In this document: positions 43,758 to 52,487 of the stretch, one piece after another
Layout: every line of letters begins with the position of its first letter
Numbering within the stretch: the stretch's first letter is position 1
Source of the DNA: Nitrospinaceae bacterium
Lineage (GTDB): Bacteria > Nitrospinota > Nitrospinia > Nitrospinales > Nitrospinaceae
Assembly: GCA_965237905.1 (NCBI GenBank)
Contig: OZ250172.1
Coordinates: forward strand, 512,001-576,000
Length of the DNA: 64,000 nt
Reading direction: 5' to 3'
Made by a program: the position numbers and the translations under genes
The notes under the pieces: model-generated
Told to the model about the DNA's origin: nothing
The model's database searches: none
The model's input: only the letters and a program-made list of their open reading frames with translations

Positions 43758-45128
43758 ATGTTTGATTTTGCCGCATTCTCTCTCGACGCCTTCCTGTCTT
43801 TCGGATTCAAAATGATGGCTTTCCTGGTAGGTTTGGCCGCCCTTATTTTCGTCCACGAGATGGGCCACTTTCTGATCGCCCGCAAATGCGGGGTGACAGT
43901 CGAAAAATTCTCCATCGGGTTCGGCCCAAAAATTATTGGATTCAAATCCGGAGGCACCGAATATCTGATCGCCGCCATTCCTCTGGGTGGTTACGTCAAA
44001 ATGAAAGGCGAAGATCCCGAAGAAGAGTTGCCAGACACCCAGGGCTCCTTCTCCGCCGCGTCCGTGTACCAAAGACTGGCCATTGCGTTCGGCGGCCCAC
44101 TGTTTAATATCCTGTTTGCCATCGTTATCTATGCCTGTGTCTATATGGTAGGCATGCCTACCAATGGAACTACTGTCGGCAAAATCCACGACAATTCCCC
44201 TGCCCTGGCGGCAGGCCTCCAAACCGGTGACCGGATCATTGAGGTTGACGGTAAGAAAACTTATTACTGGCACCAATTGACTAAAATTATTCACAACGCT
44301 CCGGGCAAGAAAATGGAGTTCGTGATCGAACGCGATTCGAAAACAATCCTTACCCTTCCCATTACACCCAAAGATAAAGAAACCCCTGACCTGTTTGGCG
44401 ATAAGATAAAGGTAGGATTGATCGGTATCGAAAGACTGCAGCGAAGAATCTCCGCTATCGAAGCGGGTTCCCCTGCCGACAAAGCCGGATTTCAGGTGGG
44501 CGACGATATTCTCGCGATCGATGGCGAAACAATCATGGGACATTCCGACTTGGAAAAAGTCTCCCTGGGAAAACCCAGACAAGTACTGACCTTTAGCCTA
44601 TTGAGAAATGGCAAGGTCATTCCTCTTCAGGTCACTCCTGAACCCAAAACGGTTAAAGACCTCAAAGGCAAGGATATTGAAATCGGATATATCGGATTCG
44701 GGGTCACCGGGGTGATGGTGACCGAACAATACTCGTTTCTGGGAGCCATCCAACGGGGGCTCGAGGAAACCTGGGAGTGGACTTACCGGATCGGTGTCAG
44801 CATCAAAAAACTGCTCACCGGGTCCATTTCTCCAAAAAACATCGGCGGCCCCATTCTGATCTTCCAGGCTTACGGCCATCAGGCGGAGCAAGGACTCCTG
44901 GATTTTGTCATATTGACCGCCATACTCAGCATCAACCTGGGATTGTTGAACCTTCTGCCTATTCCGGTTTTGGATGGCGGGCACATATTTTTCTTCCTGA
45001 TCGAAATCGTCAAAGGCAAACCCATCAGCGAATTAAACCGGGAGCGGGCCGCTCAGGTCGGTCTCTTCATGTTGCTCTCGCTGATGATTTTTGCTTTTTA
45101 TAATGACATCATGAGGGTCTTCAATTAA
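43758..45128 (+). CDS. rseP: RIP metalloprotease with 2 PDZ domains
   Basis: HEMGH, PLGGYVKM, NLLPIPVLDGGH. Confidence 0.95.
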   Translation: MFDFAAFSLDAFLSFGFKMMAFLVGLAALIFVHEMGHFLIARKCGVTVEKFSIGFGPKIIGFKSGGTEYLIAAIPLGGYVKMKGEDPEEELPDTQGSFSAASVYQRLAIAFGGPLFNILFAIVIYACVYMVGMPTNGTTVGKIHDNSPALAAGLQTGDRIIEVDGKKTYYWHQLTKIIHNAPGKKMEFVIERDSKTILTLPITPKDKETPDLFGDKIKVGLIGIERLQRRISAIEAGSPADKAGFQVGDDILAIDGETIMGHSDLEKVSLGKPRQVLTFSLLRNGKVIPLQVTPEPKTVKDLKGKDIEIGYIGFGVTGVMVTEQYSFLGAIQRGLEETWEWTYRIGVSIKKLLTGSISPKNIGGPILIFQAYGHQAEQGLLDFVILTAILSINLGLLNLLPIPVLDGGHIFFFLIEIVKGKPISELNRERAAQVGLFMLLSLMIFAFYNDIMRVFN

Positions 45129-45155
45129 CGTCCTCCAAAAAGAGGGTTTTTCTCT

Positions 45156-45458
45156 ATGCCCCACTCGAACACAGAATCCCTAACGCTGTCCCGCTTGGAA
45201 GACCTCAGGGACACCGCACGGAAACTCTCGATTGAAATCCTGTTCGCCGACTTGTCCGACCCGGAAATTCCCACTCAAAGCGGTACCTGTAAAGTGCGCG
45301 GTGAGGATTTGATCGTGGTGGACAAACGATTGTCGGCTCAACGTCAGATCGAGGTGATCCTTAACATCTTCCAACAATTCGATTGGGATGACGTCTATGT
45401 CGCTTCCTGGATTCGGGAGCACCTTGATAATCCCAAACTCACCGGCCTCACTTCATGA
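45156..45458 (+). CDS. hypothetical protein
   Basis: 100 aa in operon; overlaps next start (ATGA). Confidence 0.7.
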   Translation: MPHSNTESLTLSRLEDLRDTARKLSIEILFADLSDPEIPTQSGTCKVRGEDLIVVDKRLSAQRQIEVILNIFQQFDWDDVYVASWIREHLDNPKLTGLTS

Positions 45459-47212
45459 CTCTGCTCAGCCAAAATTTACCGGAACAAAGGCGCGGCAAAC
45501 TCAAAGCCTTGCTCACTCAGGGCAAACTCGTCCGCGTCATGGAAGCCCACAACGGTCTCAGCGGCATCGTCGCCGACACCACCTGCGTGGAAGGAAAATC
45601 CGGCGACCAGTCGGTCACCCGTCAGTTCGACGCCCTCTGGGAAAGCAGTCTGACCGATTCCGCTTCCAAGGGTCATCCGGATATTGAAGTGGTCAGCTTC
45701 GATTCCCGCCTGCATACCATTCAGGAAATCCTGACCGTCACGCAAAAACCGATGATCGTTGACGGCGATACCGGCGGCGACCCCAACACCTTCGAGTACA
45801 TGGTGTCCAAAATGGAACGGGCCGGCGTCTCGGCAGTCATCATCGAGGACAAAGTATTTCCCAAACGCAACAGCCTGGAAGCCGGTACCAGTCAGGTTCT
45901 GCAGGAACCCGAAGTGTTCGCGCAGAAAATCAAGCGCGGAAAAAAAGTGCAGGCCACCGATGAGTTCATGATCATCGCCCGCATTGAAAGCCTGATCGCC
46001 GGCACCGGAATGGAAGACGCGCTCGCCCGCGCCCGAATTTATCTGCAGGCGGGGGTAGACGGCATCATGATCCACTCCAAGTCTAAACAGCCGGATGAGA
46101 TCATGGAGTTTGCCGGGAAATACCAGAGTCTCCTCAAAGAACTCGAGTTGAGTAAACCCCTCGTGTGTGTGCCCACCACCTACAACAATATCCTTGAGGA
46201 AGAACTGCAGGCCGCAGGATTCCAGATCATCATTTACGCCAACCATCTGTTACGCTCCGCGTATAAAGCGATGCGCGAAACCGCCAAATCTATTCTGTCG
46301 AACCAACGCTCGCTCGAAGCCGACCCCCTGTGCGCCCCGGTGCGTGAAATATTCGATGCCGTCGGTTTTCTGGACGTTAAGGAAAAAGACCAGCAGGATG
46401 AGACCAATACCAATATCCCGGTCATCATCCCCGCCGCCGGAGAAGCGCCGGCCATCGCCCCTGTTCTCAAAAATACGCCCAAGGCCATGGCCGATATCGC
46501 CGGCAAAACCCTACTGGCCCGGCAGGCCCAAACCCTCAACCAGAACCATCTGACGGATATCACCGTGGTGACAGGTTACGCAGGCGATAAAATGAAGGGC
46601 GAAGGGATTTCCTTCCTGCAAAACAAGGATTACAAAAAGGGCACCGAACTGCACAGCCTGCTCACCGCCCAGGAAAAAATGCACAACGGATTTCTGATGC
46701 TGTACTCCGATATTCTCATTGAAAACCATGTGATCGCCCAATTGCTGGCGTCCCGGGAAGATATTGTGCTGGTGCTGGACAACTCCATTCAATACTTGGA
46801 ATCGGTGGAGGGCAAGGCGACCGATTACGTGATCAGCCGCAACCGGCGGAACCGGAACCGCCGAAGCATCAACTTCGATCACCAGAACACCCTTGCCAAA
46901 ATCGGTAAAAATATTGATCCGGCGTTAGCCACTCACGAGTTCATCGGCCTCGCCAAATTCTCAAAGACCGGAGCCGAACAGTTTCTTCAGACCTATCACG
47001 ACGTGTTGAAAAACCTGGAGGGCAAAGTCCAGGAAGCGGAGGACATTTCCCAGTTCCGCCTTACCGACCTGATTCAGGAGATGGTCGATCGTGGTTTCAA
47101 CGTCCATTACCTGGAAATCCACAAAGGCTGGCTGGAAATCCATTTTCCCAAAGACATCGAACAGGCCAACGAATTGTTCACCGTACAGGAACATCCCTCG
47201 GAAGTTATGTAG
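45455..47212 (+). CDS. pepM: phosphoenolpyruvate mutase fused to an NTP-transferase (LicC/PntC-like) domain
   Basis: EAHNGLS, DGDTG, PepM signature EDKVFPKRNS; C-terminal IIPAAG..PKAM, YSD, GWLEIH. Confidence 0.9.
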   Translation: MTLLSQNLPEQRRGKLKALLTQGKLVRVMEAHNGLSGIVADTTCVEGKSGDQSVTRQFDALWESSLTDSASKGHPDIEVVSFDSRLHTIQEILTVTQKPMIVDGDTGGDPNTFEYMVSKMERAGVSAVIIEDKVFPKRNSLEAGTSQVLQEPEVFAQKIKRGKKVQATDEFMIIARIESLIAGTGMEDALARARIYLQAGVDGIMIHSKSKQPDEIMEFAGKYQSLLKELELSKPLVCVPTTYNNILEEELQAAGFQIIIYANHLLRSAYKAMRETAKSILSNQRSLEADPLCAPVREIFDAVGFLDVKEKDQQDETNTNIPVIIPAAGEAPAIAPVLKNTPKAMADIAGKTLLARQAQTLNQNHLTDITVVTGYAGDKMKGEGISFLQNKDYKKGTELHSLLTAQEKMHNGFLMLYSDILIENHVIAQLLASREDIVLVLDNSIQYLESVEGKATDYVISRNRRNRNRRSINFDHQNTLAKIGKNIDPALATHEFIGLAKFSKTGAEQFLQTYHDVLKNLEGKVQEAEDISQFRLTDLIQEMVDRGFNVHYLEIHKGWLEIHFPKDIEQANELFTVQEHPSEVM

Positions 47213-47304
47213 TGTCTCAGTTAGAAATCTAAATGGCTGGAAACGACCCAAAGCGGACGTTCCAATGGCGATGAATGGGGGAGTGGACTAAGCTTCGGGG
47301 TTTG

Positions 47305-47360
47305 ATCAGCGTCACGCCCTCAAAGCATTGCGGGCATCTGTGGGGGATGAAGAGGGCCAT
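47305..47360. repeat. 56-bp direct repeat, copy 1
   Basis: 49/56 identical to 49075-49130. Confidence 0.85.
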
Positions 47361-47636
47361 GAAGCAGATTGTATATTGGCTAGGGAAGGCGAGCAAGCCG
47401 AGAAAACTGTGAAATTCACCCCACCCCTTTACCACTGGAATATCTGTTGCCAGTCCAGCTTCCGGGCATTAACCTGAATAGATAAAGTTAATATAGTAGG
47501 AAATCGGAGGAGAAAGAAACGTTTAGTGCTCCAGCATTCTTAAATACCACACAAAAAAACTTTCCCCCTTCGCACCCCTTTTGATTTCCGGCCTCTCTAC
47601 CTTATTTGGAAAACAGGAAACTCAATGAACGGAGGA

Positions 47637-49046
47637 ATGGAAACTCTCAAGTTAATATACCTTGCCGTAGGACCGGGCATCGCGCTTGCCGTCTATATTT
47701 ACTACTCCGGCCGGTGGAACCCCAAACCCAAAAAACTGGTGTTCAAATGTTTCATTTGGGGAGCTTTGGCCGTATTCCCGACTATGTATTATGAGGAAAC
47801 TTTTGTAAAGGTTCTTGGTTGGGAAGGATCTTTCAATGACACCTGGTGGCAGACTGTTATTTCTGCCTTTTTCGGGATAGCCCTGGCGGAAGAAGTCTGC
47901 AAATTCTTTTTCCTTAAAGAATTCATTTACGAGGACCCGAATTTTAACGATCCTTTTGATGGGATAGTTTACGGGGGTATGATTGGCTGTGGTTTTGCGA
48001 CCATGGAAAATATAATGTATGTATTTCCTTTGGGTTACGAGACAGGGATTTTGAGAATGCTCACCGCTGTTCCCTCCCACGCCTTCGATGGGATCATCCT
48101 GGGCTACTTCATGGGAAAGGCCAAGTTTTCTTCCACTCCCTGGAAACATTTAGCGCGGGGCCTAGTCATAGTAATCATTCTCCACGGGACTTATGACTCC
48201 GTGGCATTTTCCAATTTATCCTGGTCGATTTATCCGCTTTTTGGAATTGTCATTTTTGGAATTTATCTGGCTTTGAAAGTCAAAAGAGAACTTGAAAAAA
48301 CTTCCAAACGGATCGAATTCTCTTCCGGGGAATATTTTTTACCAGAAGATGTAAAGAAAAAAGAGCCGCTGTTATTAAAAGATATCCGGGATAGGCTTTC
48401 GGAGGGGAGTCTAAAACTGGATGATATTTTAGTTCCCGGGAAAAGCGATAGAAGAATTTCCATACGCACCCTTTGGGGTTCGCAAATCGGCTTGGAGGCC
48501 AGAGTTCGGGCAAAAACTCCACCCAGAGTGTTGCCCGCCAAACGGGTTGTAGTTTTCTATGGATTGACTTTCGGACTCTACCTTTATTTTTGGTTCCACA
48601 GGAATTACTGGAATTTCAAGAAATATAAAAACCTGAGACTCAATCCTGACCTTAGGACTCTGGGGTTGTTTGCATTCACCATCATTCCTTTTTTTATTTA
48701 TGGAGCTATTCTGGGAGGGTGGAAAGGACATCGCTTTGATCCCTCCATTGAAATTTCATTCTATGTGATGATGGCGGGTATAGAGGCGGCTTTTTTATTT
48801 TTTTTGTTTCGGATGATCAGGGAAATTTTAAATAAAGTACAAAAAAAATCTTTCCCAATATTATCCATTGTCCTGATGTTTTTTGTCTTGAGTGGAATGA
48901 GAAAGTTCTTGCCTTCGGAGCTTCCTTATTACTGGTGGTTTGAGTTTGCTTTGATTTTGCTTCAGGGAGGGGTTATGGCCATCGCTCAAAAGCACTTGAA
49001 TATTTATTGGGCGCTTGAAAGGGAGAAGCTCGCTGAGTCGACTTAG
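47637..49046 (+). CDS. PrsW-family intramembrane glutamic protease with C-terminal membrane extension
   Basis: EEVCK, GFATMEN, H, HGTYD; C-terminal LTFGLYLYFW (DUF4234-like); RBS GGAGG. Confidence 0.85.
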   Translation: METLKLIYLAVGPGIALAVYIYYSGRWNPKPKKLVFKCFIWGALAVFPTMYYEETFVKVLGWEGSFNDTWWQTVISAFFGIALAEEVCKFFFLKEFIYEDPNFNDPFDGIVYGGMIGCGFATMENIMYVFPLGYETGILRMLTAVPSHAFDGIILGYFMGKAKFSSTPWKHLARGLVIVIILHGTYDSVAFSNLSWSIYPLFGIVIFGIYLALKVKRELEKTSKRIEFSSGEYFLPEDVKKKEPLLLKDIRDRLSEGSLKLDDILVPGKSDRRISIRTLWGSQIGLEARVRAKTPPRVLPAKRVVVFYGLTFGLYLYFWFHRNYWNFKKYKNLRLNPDLRTLGLFAFTIIPFFIYGAILGGWKGHRFDPSIEISFYVMMAGIEAAFLFFLFRMIREILNKVQKKSFPILSIVLMFFVLSGMRKFLPSELPYYWWFEFALILLQGGVMAIAQKHLNIYWALEREKLAEST

Positions 49047-49074
49047 ATATCTTGTTTGATTATGCTGTGGCTGT

Positions 49075-49130
49075 ATCAGCGTCACGCTCGCAAAGCATTT
49101 CGGGCATCGACTGGGGATGAAGAGGGCCAT
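49075..49130. repeat. 56-bp direct repeat, copy 2
   Basis: 49/56 identical to 47305-47360. Confidence 0.85.
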
Positions 49131-49160
49131 AGAAGACATCCAAGGTTTTAGGTCCAAATC

Positions 49161-49199
49161 CTAACATAAACTCTGGATCCGTTTTCGGAGGGCAGGTCA
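49161..49199 (-). mobile_element. IS3-family-like terminal repeat remnant
   Basis: minus strand TGACCTGCCCTCCGAAAACGGATCCAGAGTTTATGTTAG. Confidence 0.55.
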
Positions 49200-49290
49200 C
49201 CAACCCCTTGCACGGCAGGTTGCAGGACTGCCAATTTCAAAATCGGTTTTCAGGTATTATCGCCCCAAAAGAGTCTGACGGCGGCCGAGT

Positions 49291-49680
49291 TTATTTCATC
49301 TTTTCGCCTTCTTTCATCATGGTGTCCTTAGGCATGGTCCCTTCTTTATCCATCTTTTCGCCTTCTTTCATCATGGTGTCTTTAGGCATGGTCCCTTCTT
49401 TATCCATCTTTTCGCCTTCTTTCATCATGGTGTCCTTAGGCATGGTCCCTTCTTTATCCATCTTTTCGCCTTCTTTCATCATGGTGTCTTTAGGCATGGT
49501 CCCTTCTTTATCCATCTTTTCGCCTTCTTTCATCATGGTGTCTTTAGGCATGGTCCCTTCTTTATCCATCTTTTCGCCTTCTTTCATCATGGTGTCCTCG
49601 GTACAGGCCACACCCGACAACATCACTAACAAGGAAAGAATGACCAAATAAAAAGATTTGTTTTTAAGCATCGTTTTCAT
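49291..49680 (-). CDS. Met/Lys/Glu-rich tandem-repeat exported protein (MXKDX-repeat-like), probable lipoprotein
   Basis: signal peptide ending GVAC; (DTMMKEGEKMDKEGTMPK)x5 plus partial; RBS AGGGGG. Confidence 0.85.
   Translation of the reverse strand: MKTMLKNKSFYLVILSLLVMLSGVACTEDTMMKEGEKMDKEGTMPKDTMMKEGEKMDKEGTMPKDTMMKEGEKMDKEGTMPKDTMMKEGEKMDKEGTMPKDTMMKEGEKMDKEGTMPKDTMMKEGEKMK
49297..49596. repeat. 54-bp tandem repeat, ~5.5 near-identical copies
   Basis: period of 54 read directly; copies differ at one synonymous position. Confidence 0.95.
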
Positions 49681-49749
49681 GATTGATCCCCCTATAGATT
49701 ATGTGGATTATTGGGCTAGCCCATTTTCAAAGATAGGTCTCAATGCCTG

Positions 49750-49787
49750 TGACCTGCCCCCGTAAGTTGTACCACATGTTAAGTTAG
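49750..49787 (+). mobile_element. IS3-family-like terminal repeat remnant
   Basis: TGACCTGCCCCCGTAAGTTGTACCACATGTTAAGTTAG. Confidence 0.55.
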
Positions 49788-50011
49788 AGTTTGTTCCTTA
49801 GGTTTGACGCTCCGGGGCCGGAGGACGATAACCCTTGAAAAATCGACGGCTACAAATGACCGAAATTTGAGTGGAGAATGGGTCAAAATGAATAGTGCAG
49901 GTATTTCGCTGCGCTTCATAGCGGCAGGTAAGCTTGGTCGTTAATGTCCGCTTATGGCCGTTCGGAGACATTCGATTTTAAACTGAGACACTCCTCGGAA
50001 ATTTCCACGCA

Positions 50012-50040
50012 TTGATTTATACTTCATATTTCTGCATAAT
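50012..50040 (+). promoter_or_regulatory. candidate proS promoter
   Basis: TTGATT-17 nt-CATAAT. Confidence 0.5.
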
Positions 50041-50077
50041 CGCCATTCGCCCGGCCCATTCAACCTGAAAGACATCC

Positions 50078-51787
50078 ATGTACTATTCGAAACTGTTCAT
50101 ACCCACACTGAAACAATCACCCACCGACGCCGAAGTCGTCAGCCACAAGCTGATGGTGCGTGCCGGGATGATCCGGCAATTGGCCGCGGGTATTTATTCC
50201 ATCCTGCCCCTCGGTCTGCGCGTGCTGAAAAAAGTAGAGCAGATCATTCGCGAGGAGATGAACCGCATTGGCGGTCAGGAAGTGTTCCTGCCCAGCATCC
50301 AGCCTGCCGAACTGTGGCAGGAAAGCGGACGATGGGAACTGTACGGCAAAGAGCTCATGCGGTTCAAGGACCGCCACGACCGCGAGTTCTGCTACGGACC
50401 CACGCATGAAGAAGTCATCACCGATATCATCCGCCGCGAGATCAAGTCCTACCGGCAGCTGCCCTTGCTCACTTACCAGATTCAAACCAAGTTTCGGGAT
50501 GAAGTGCGGCCCCGCTTTGGCGTCATGCGCGGACGCGAATTCACGATGAAAGACGCTTACAGTTTTCATGCCGACGAAGCCAGCGTTCAAGACATGTACG
50601 AAAATATGAAGCAGGCCTACTCCAACACCTTCCGGCGGTGCGGGTTGGACTTCAAAATGGTGGAAGCCGACAGCGGCACCATCGGCGGCAGTTTTTCACA
50701 CGAGTTCATGGTGCTGGCCGATTCGGGAGAAGACGCCGTCGCGTTCTGCGACGCCTGCGACTACGCGTCCAACGTGGAAAAGGCCGCTGCACGCATACCG
50801 GACCCGGTCGATCCACCCAAAGAGATAGAAGAATTGAAAAAAATCCCGACTCCCGGACAAAAAACGGTGGAGGAGGTGGCGAAATTCCTCAAAATCTCTC
50901 CCCGGCAAATTGTCAAAACCCTCATCATGGAGAATGAGAACGGACTGGTGGCGGGTCTGGTGCGGGGTGACCGGCAACTCAACCCCATCAAACTCAAAAA
51001 CCTGATCGGATGCGACTGGCTCCACGCCGCCGACGAATCCCTGATCGCTTCCAAAACAAAAATTCCCTGCGGCTTCATCGGACCGGTGAAACTGGACATG
51101 AAGGTCTATGCCGACCACGAAGTCGCCGTCATGCACAATTTCGTGACCGGCGCCAACAGCAAGGACGCCCACTACACCGGCGTGCAATTCGAACGGGATA
51201 TCAAAGTCGCGCAGGTGGGCGACCTGCATGAAGTACAGGAAGGCGACCCCTGCCCCAAATGCGACAGCGGCCGCTACCAGGTAAAACGCGGAATCGAGGT
51301 GGGGCATATATTCATTCTGGGCACCAAATACAGCTCCGCCATGAAAGCGCATTATCTGGACGAGCATGGCAAGGAAAACCCGATGATCATGGGATGCTAT
51401 GGCATCGGCGTGGGCCGCACCGCCGCCGCCGCCATCGAACAGAATCACGATGACAAAGGCATCATCTGGCCCGTCCCTCTCGCACCCTTTGAGGCCGTGG
51501 TCATTCCGGTCAAATTTGAAGAGGACAGCCAGCGCATGGTCTGCGAGGAGGCTTACAAAATCCTGGGTGACCTGGGCATAGAAACCTTGTTGGACGACCG
51601 CCCGGAACGGCTGGGAGTCAAATTCAAGGACGCCGAACTCTTGGGAATCCCTCTCCAGATCATTATCGGCCCGAAAAATCTGGAAAACGGCCAAATTGAG
51701 ATAAAGTCAAGAAAAACGGGTACTTCCGAGCTTATCGACTTCCCCGTCGGCCTCCAGGACATTCCCAATCGGCTCAAAAACTCCTGA
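50078..51787 (+). CDS. proS: proline--tRNA ligase with editing domain
   Basis: GPTHEE, KFRDEVRPRFG, GIEVGHIF, MGCYGIG. Confidence 0.98.
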   Translation: MYYSKLFIPTLKQSPTDAEVVSHKLMVRAGMIRQLAAGIYSILPLGLRVLKKVEQIIREEMNRIGGQEVFLPSIQPAELWQESGRWELYGKELMRFKDRHDREFCYGPTHEEVITDIIRREIKSYRQLPLLTYQIQTKFRDEVRPRFGVMRGREFTMKDAYSFHADEASVQDMYENMKQAYSNTFRRCGLDFKMVEADSGTIGGSFSHEFMVLADSGEDAVAFCDACDYASNVEKAAARIPDPVDPPKEIEELKKIPTPGQKTVEEVAKFLKISPRQIVKTLIMENENGLVAGLVRGDRQLNPIKLKNLIGCDWLHAADESLIASKTKIPCGFIGPVKLDMKVYADHEVAVMHNFVTGANSKDAHYTGVQFERDIKVAQVGDLHEVQEGDPCPKCDSGRYQVKRGIEVGHIFILGTKYSSAMKAHYLDEHGKENPMIMGCYGIGVGRTAAAAIEQNHDDKGIIWPVPLAPFEAVVIPVKFEEDSQRMVCEEAYKILGDLGIETLLDDRPERLGVKFKDAELLGIPLQIIIGPKNLENGQIEIKSRKTGTSELIDFPVGLQDIPNRLKNS

Positions 51788-51814
51788 CATCCCAGCCCAA
51801 AAGCGACATTTTTC

Positions 51815-51843
51815 TTGCAGGCACCGCAGGGATTATGTAAAAT
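51815..51843 (+). promoter_or_regulatory. candidate promoter of rimP-nusA-infB operon
   Basis: TTGCAG-17 nt-TAAAAT. Confidence 0.55.
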
Positions 51844-51866
51844 CTACACAAATTTAAAGGGCTGCT

Positions 51867-51893
51867 AAGCGGGCTCTCTGGCCCGCTTTTTTT
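51867..51893 (+). terminator. intrinsic terminator / rimP leader hairpin
   Basis: aagcgggc-N6-gcccgctt followed by T run. Confidence 0.8.
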
Positions 51894-52020
51894 GTATTGG
51901 CCTTAATTATTAAAAATTTATATCGATTTTTCGGACTTCGATTGTTTCGAAGGGCATTATTTTCATTGCAACACTTTATTATTGGTTCTTGTTCTTTCTC
52001 AAATCATGGGAGCCCCGAAA

Positions 52021-52482
52021 ATGGGTAAAGGCTCGGTTACAGAATCCATCGAAGAGCTGGTGACCCCGATCATTAATGAGAACCGCCTTGAGCTGGTCGA
52101 CGTTGAGTATAAAAAGGAAGGTAAAAACTGGTTTCTGAGAATATTTATCGATAAAGAAGGCGGAGTCACGGTAGACGATTGCACGCGGGTCAGTCGCCAC
52201 ATTGAAGATTTGATTGAGGTGGAAGAAGTCGTTCCCTCAAGTTACACCCTGGAAGTTTCCTCACCCGGGTTGGACCGGCCTCTTAAAAAGGAGGAAGACT
52301 TTCTTCGGTTCAAGGGCAAACGCGCCCACGTAACCACCTATACTCCCATCCATCAGCAAAAGAACTTTAAGGGAACCATCCAGGATTTCCAGAAAGATGT
52401 ACTGTTTCTGGAAATCGATCATCAACAGGTGGAAATTCCCAAGAACCAAATCGCCAAAGCCACATTGGGAATAGAGTTTTAA
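52021..52482 (+). CDS. rimP: ribosome maturation factor
   Basis: LRIFID, DDCTRVS, YTLEVSSPGLDRPL. Confidence 0.95.
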   Translation: MGKGSVTESIEELVTPIINENRLELVDVEYKKEGKNWFLRIFIDKEGGVTVDDCTRVSRHIEDLIEVEEVVPSSYTLEVSSPGLDRPLKKEEDFLRFKGKRAHVTTYTPIHQQKNFKGTIQDFQKDVLFLEIDHQQVEIPKNQIAKATLGIEF

Positions 52483-52487
52483 CGATT

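Larger units (their letters stand above)
47211..49992. mobile_element. non-autonomous element bounded by ~50-bp imperfect inverted repeats
   Basis: 47211-47261 vs reverse complement of 49943-49992: outer 12 bp identical (agtgtctcagtt), 39/51 overall; cctcggaa on both flanks; AT-rich cargo; no transposase. Confidence 0.7.

Noticed and set aside
49297..49596. CRISPR array
   Set aside because: Contiguous 54-bp units without unique spacers, in frame in a CDS; no cas genes
49208..49651. Plus-strand 147-aa repeat ORF
   Set aside because: Antisense shadow of the repeat gene, which has the RBS and signal peptide
49943..49972. Integron attC site
   Set aside because: Hairpin lacks clear RYYYAAC/GTTRRRY boxes; no integrase or cassette array
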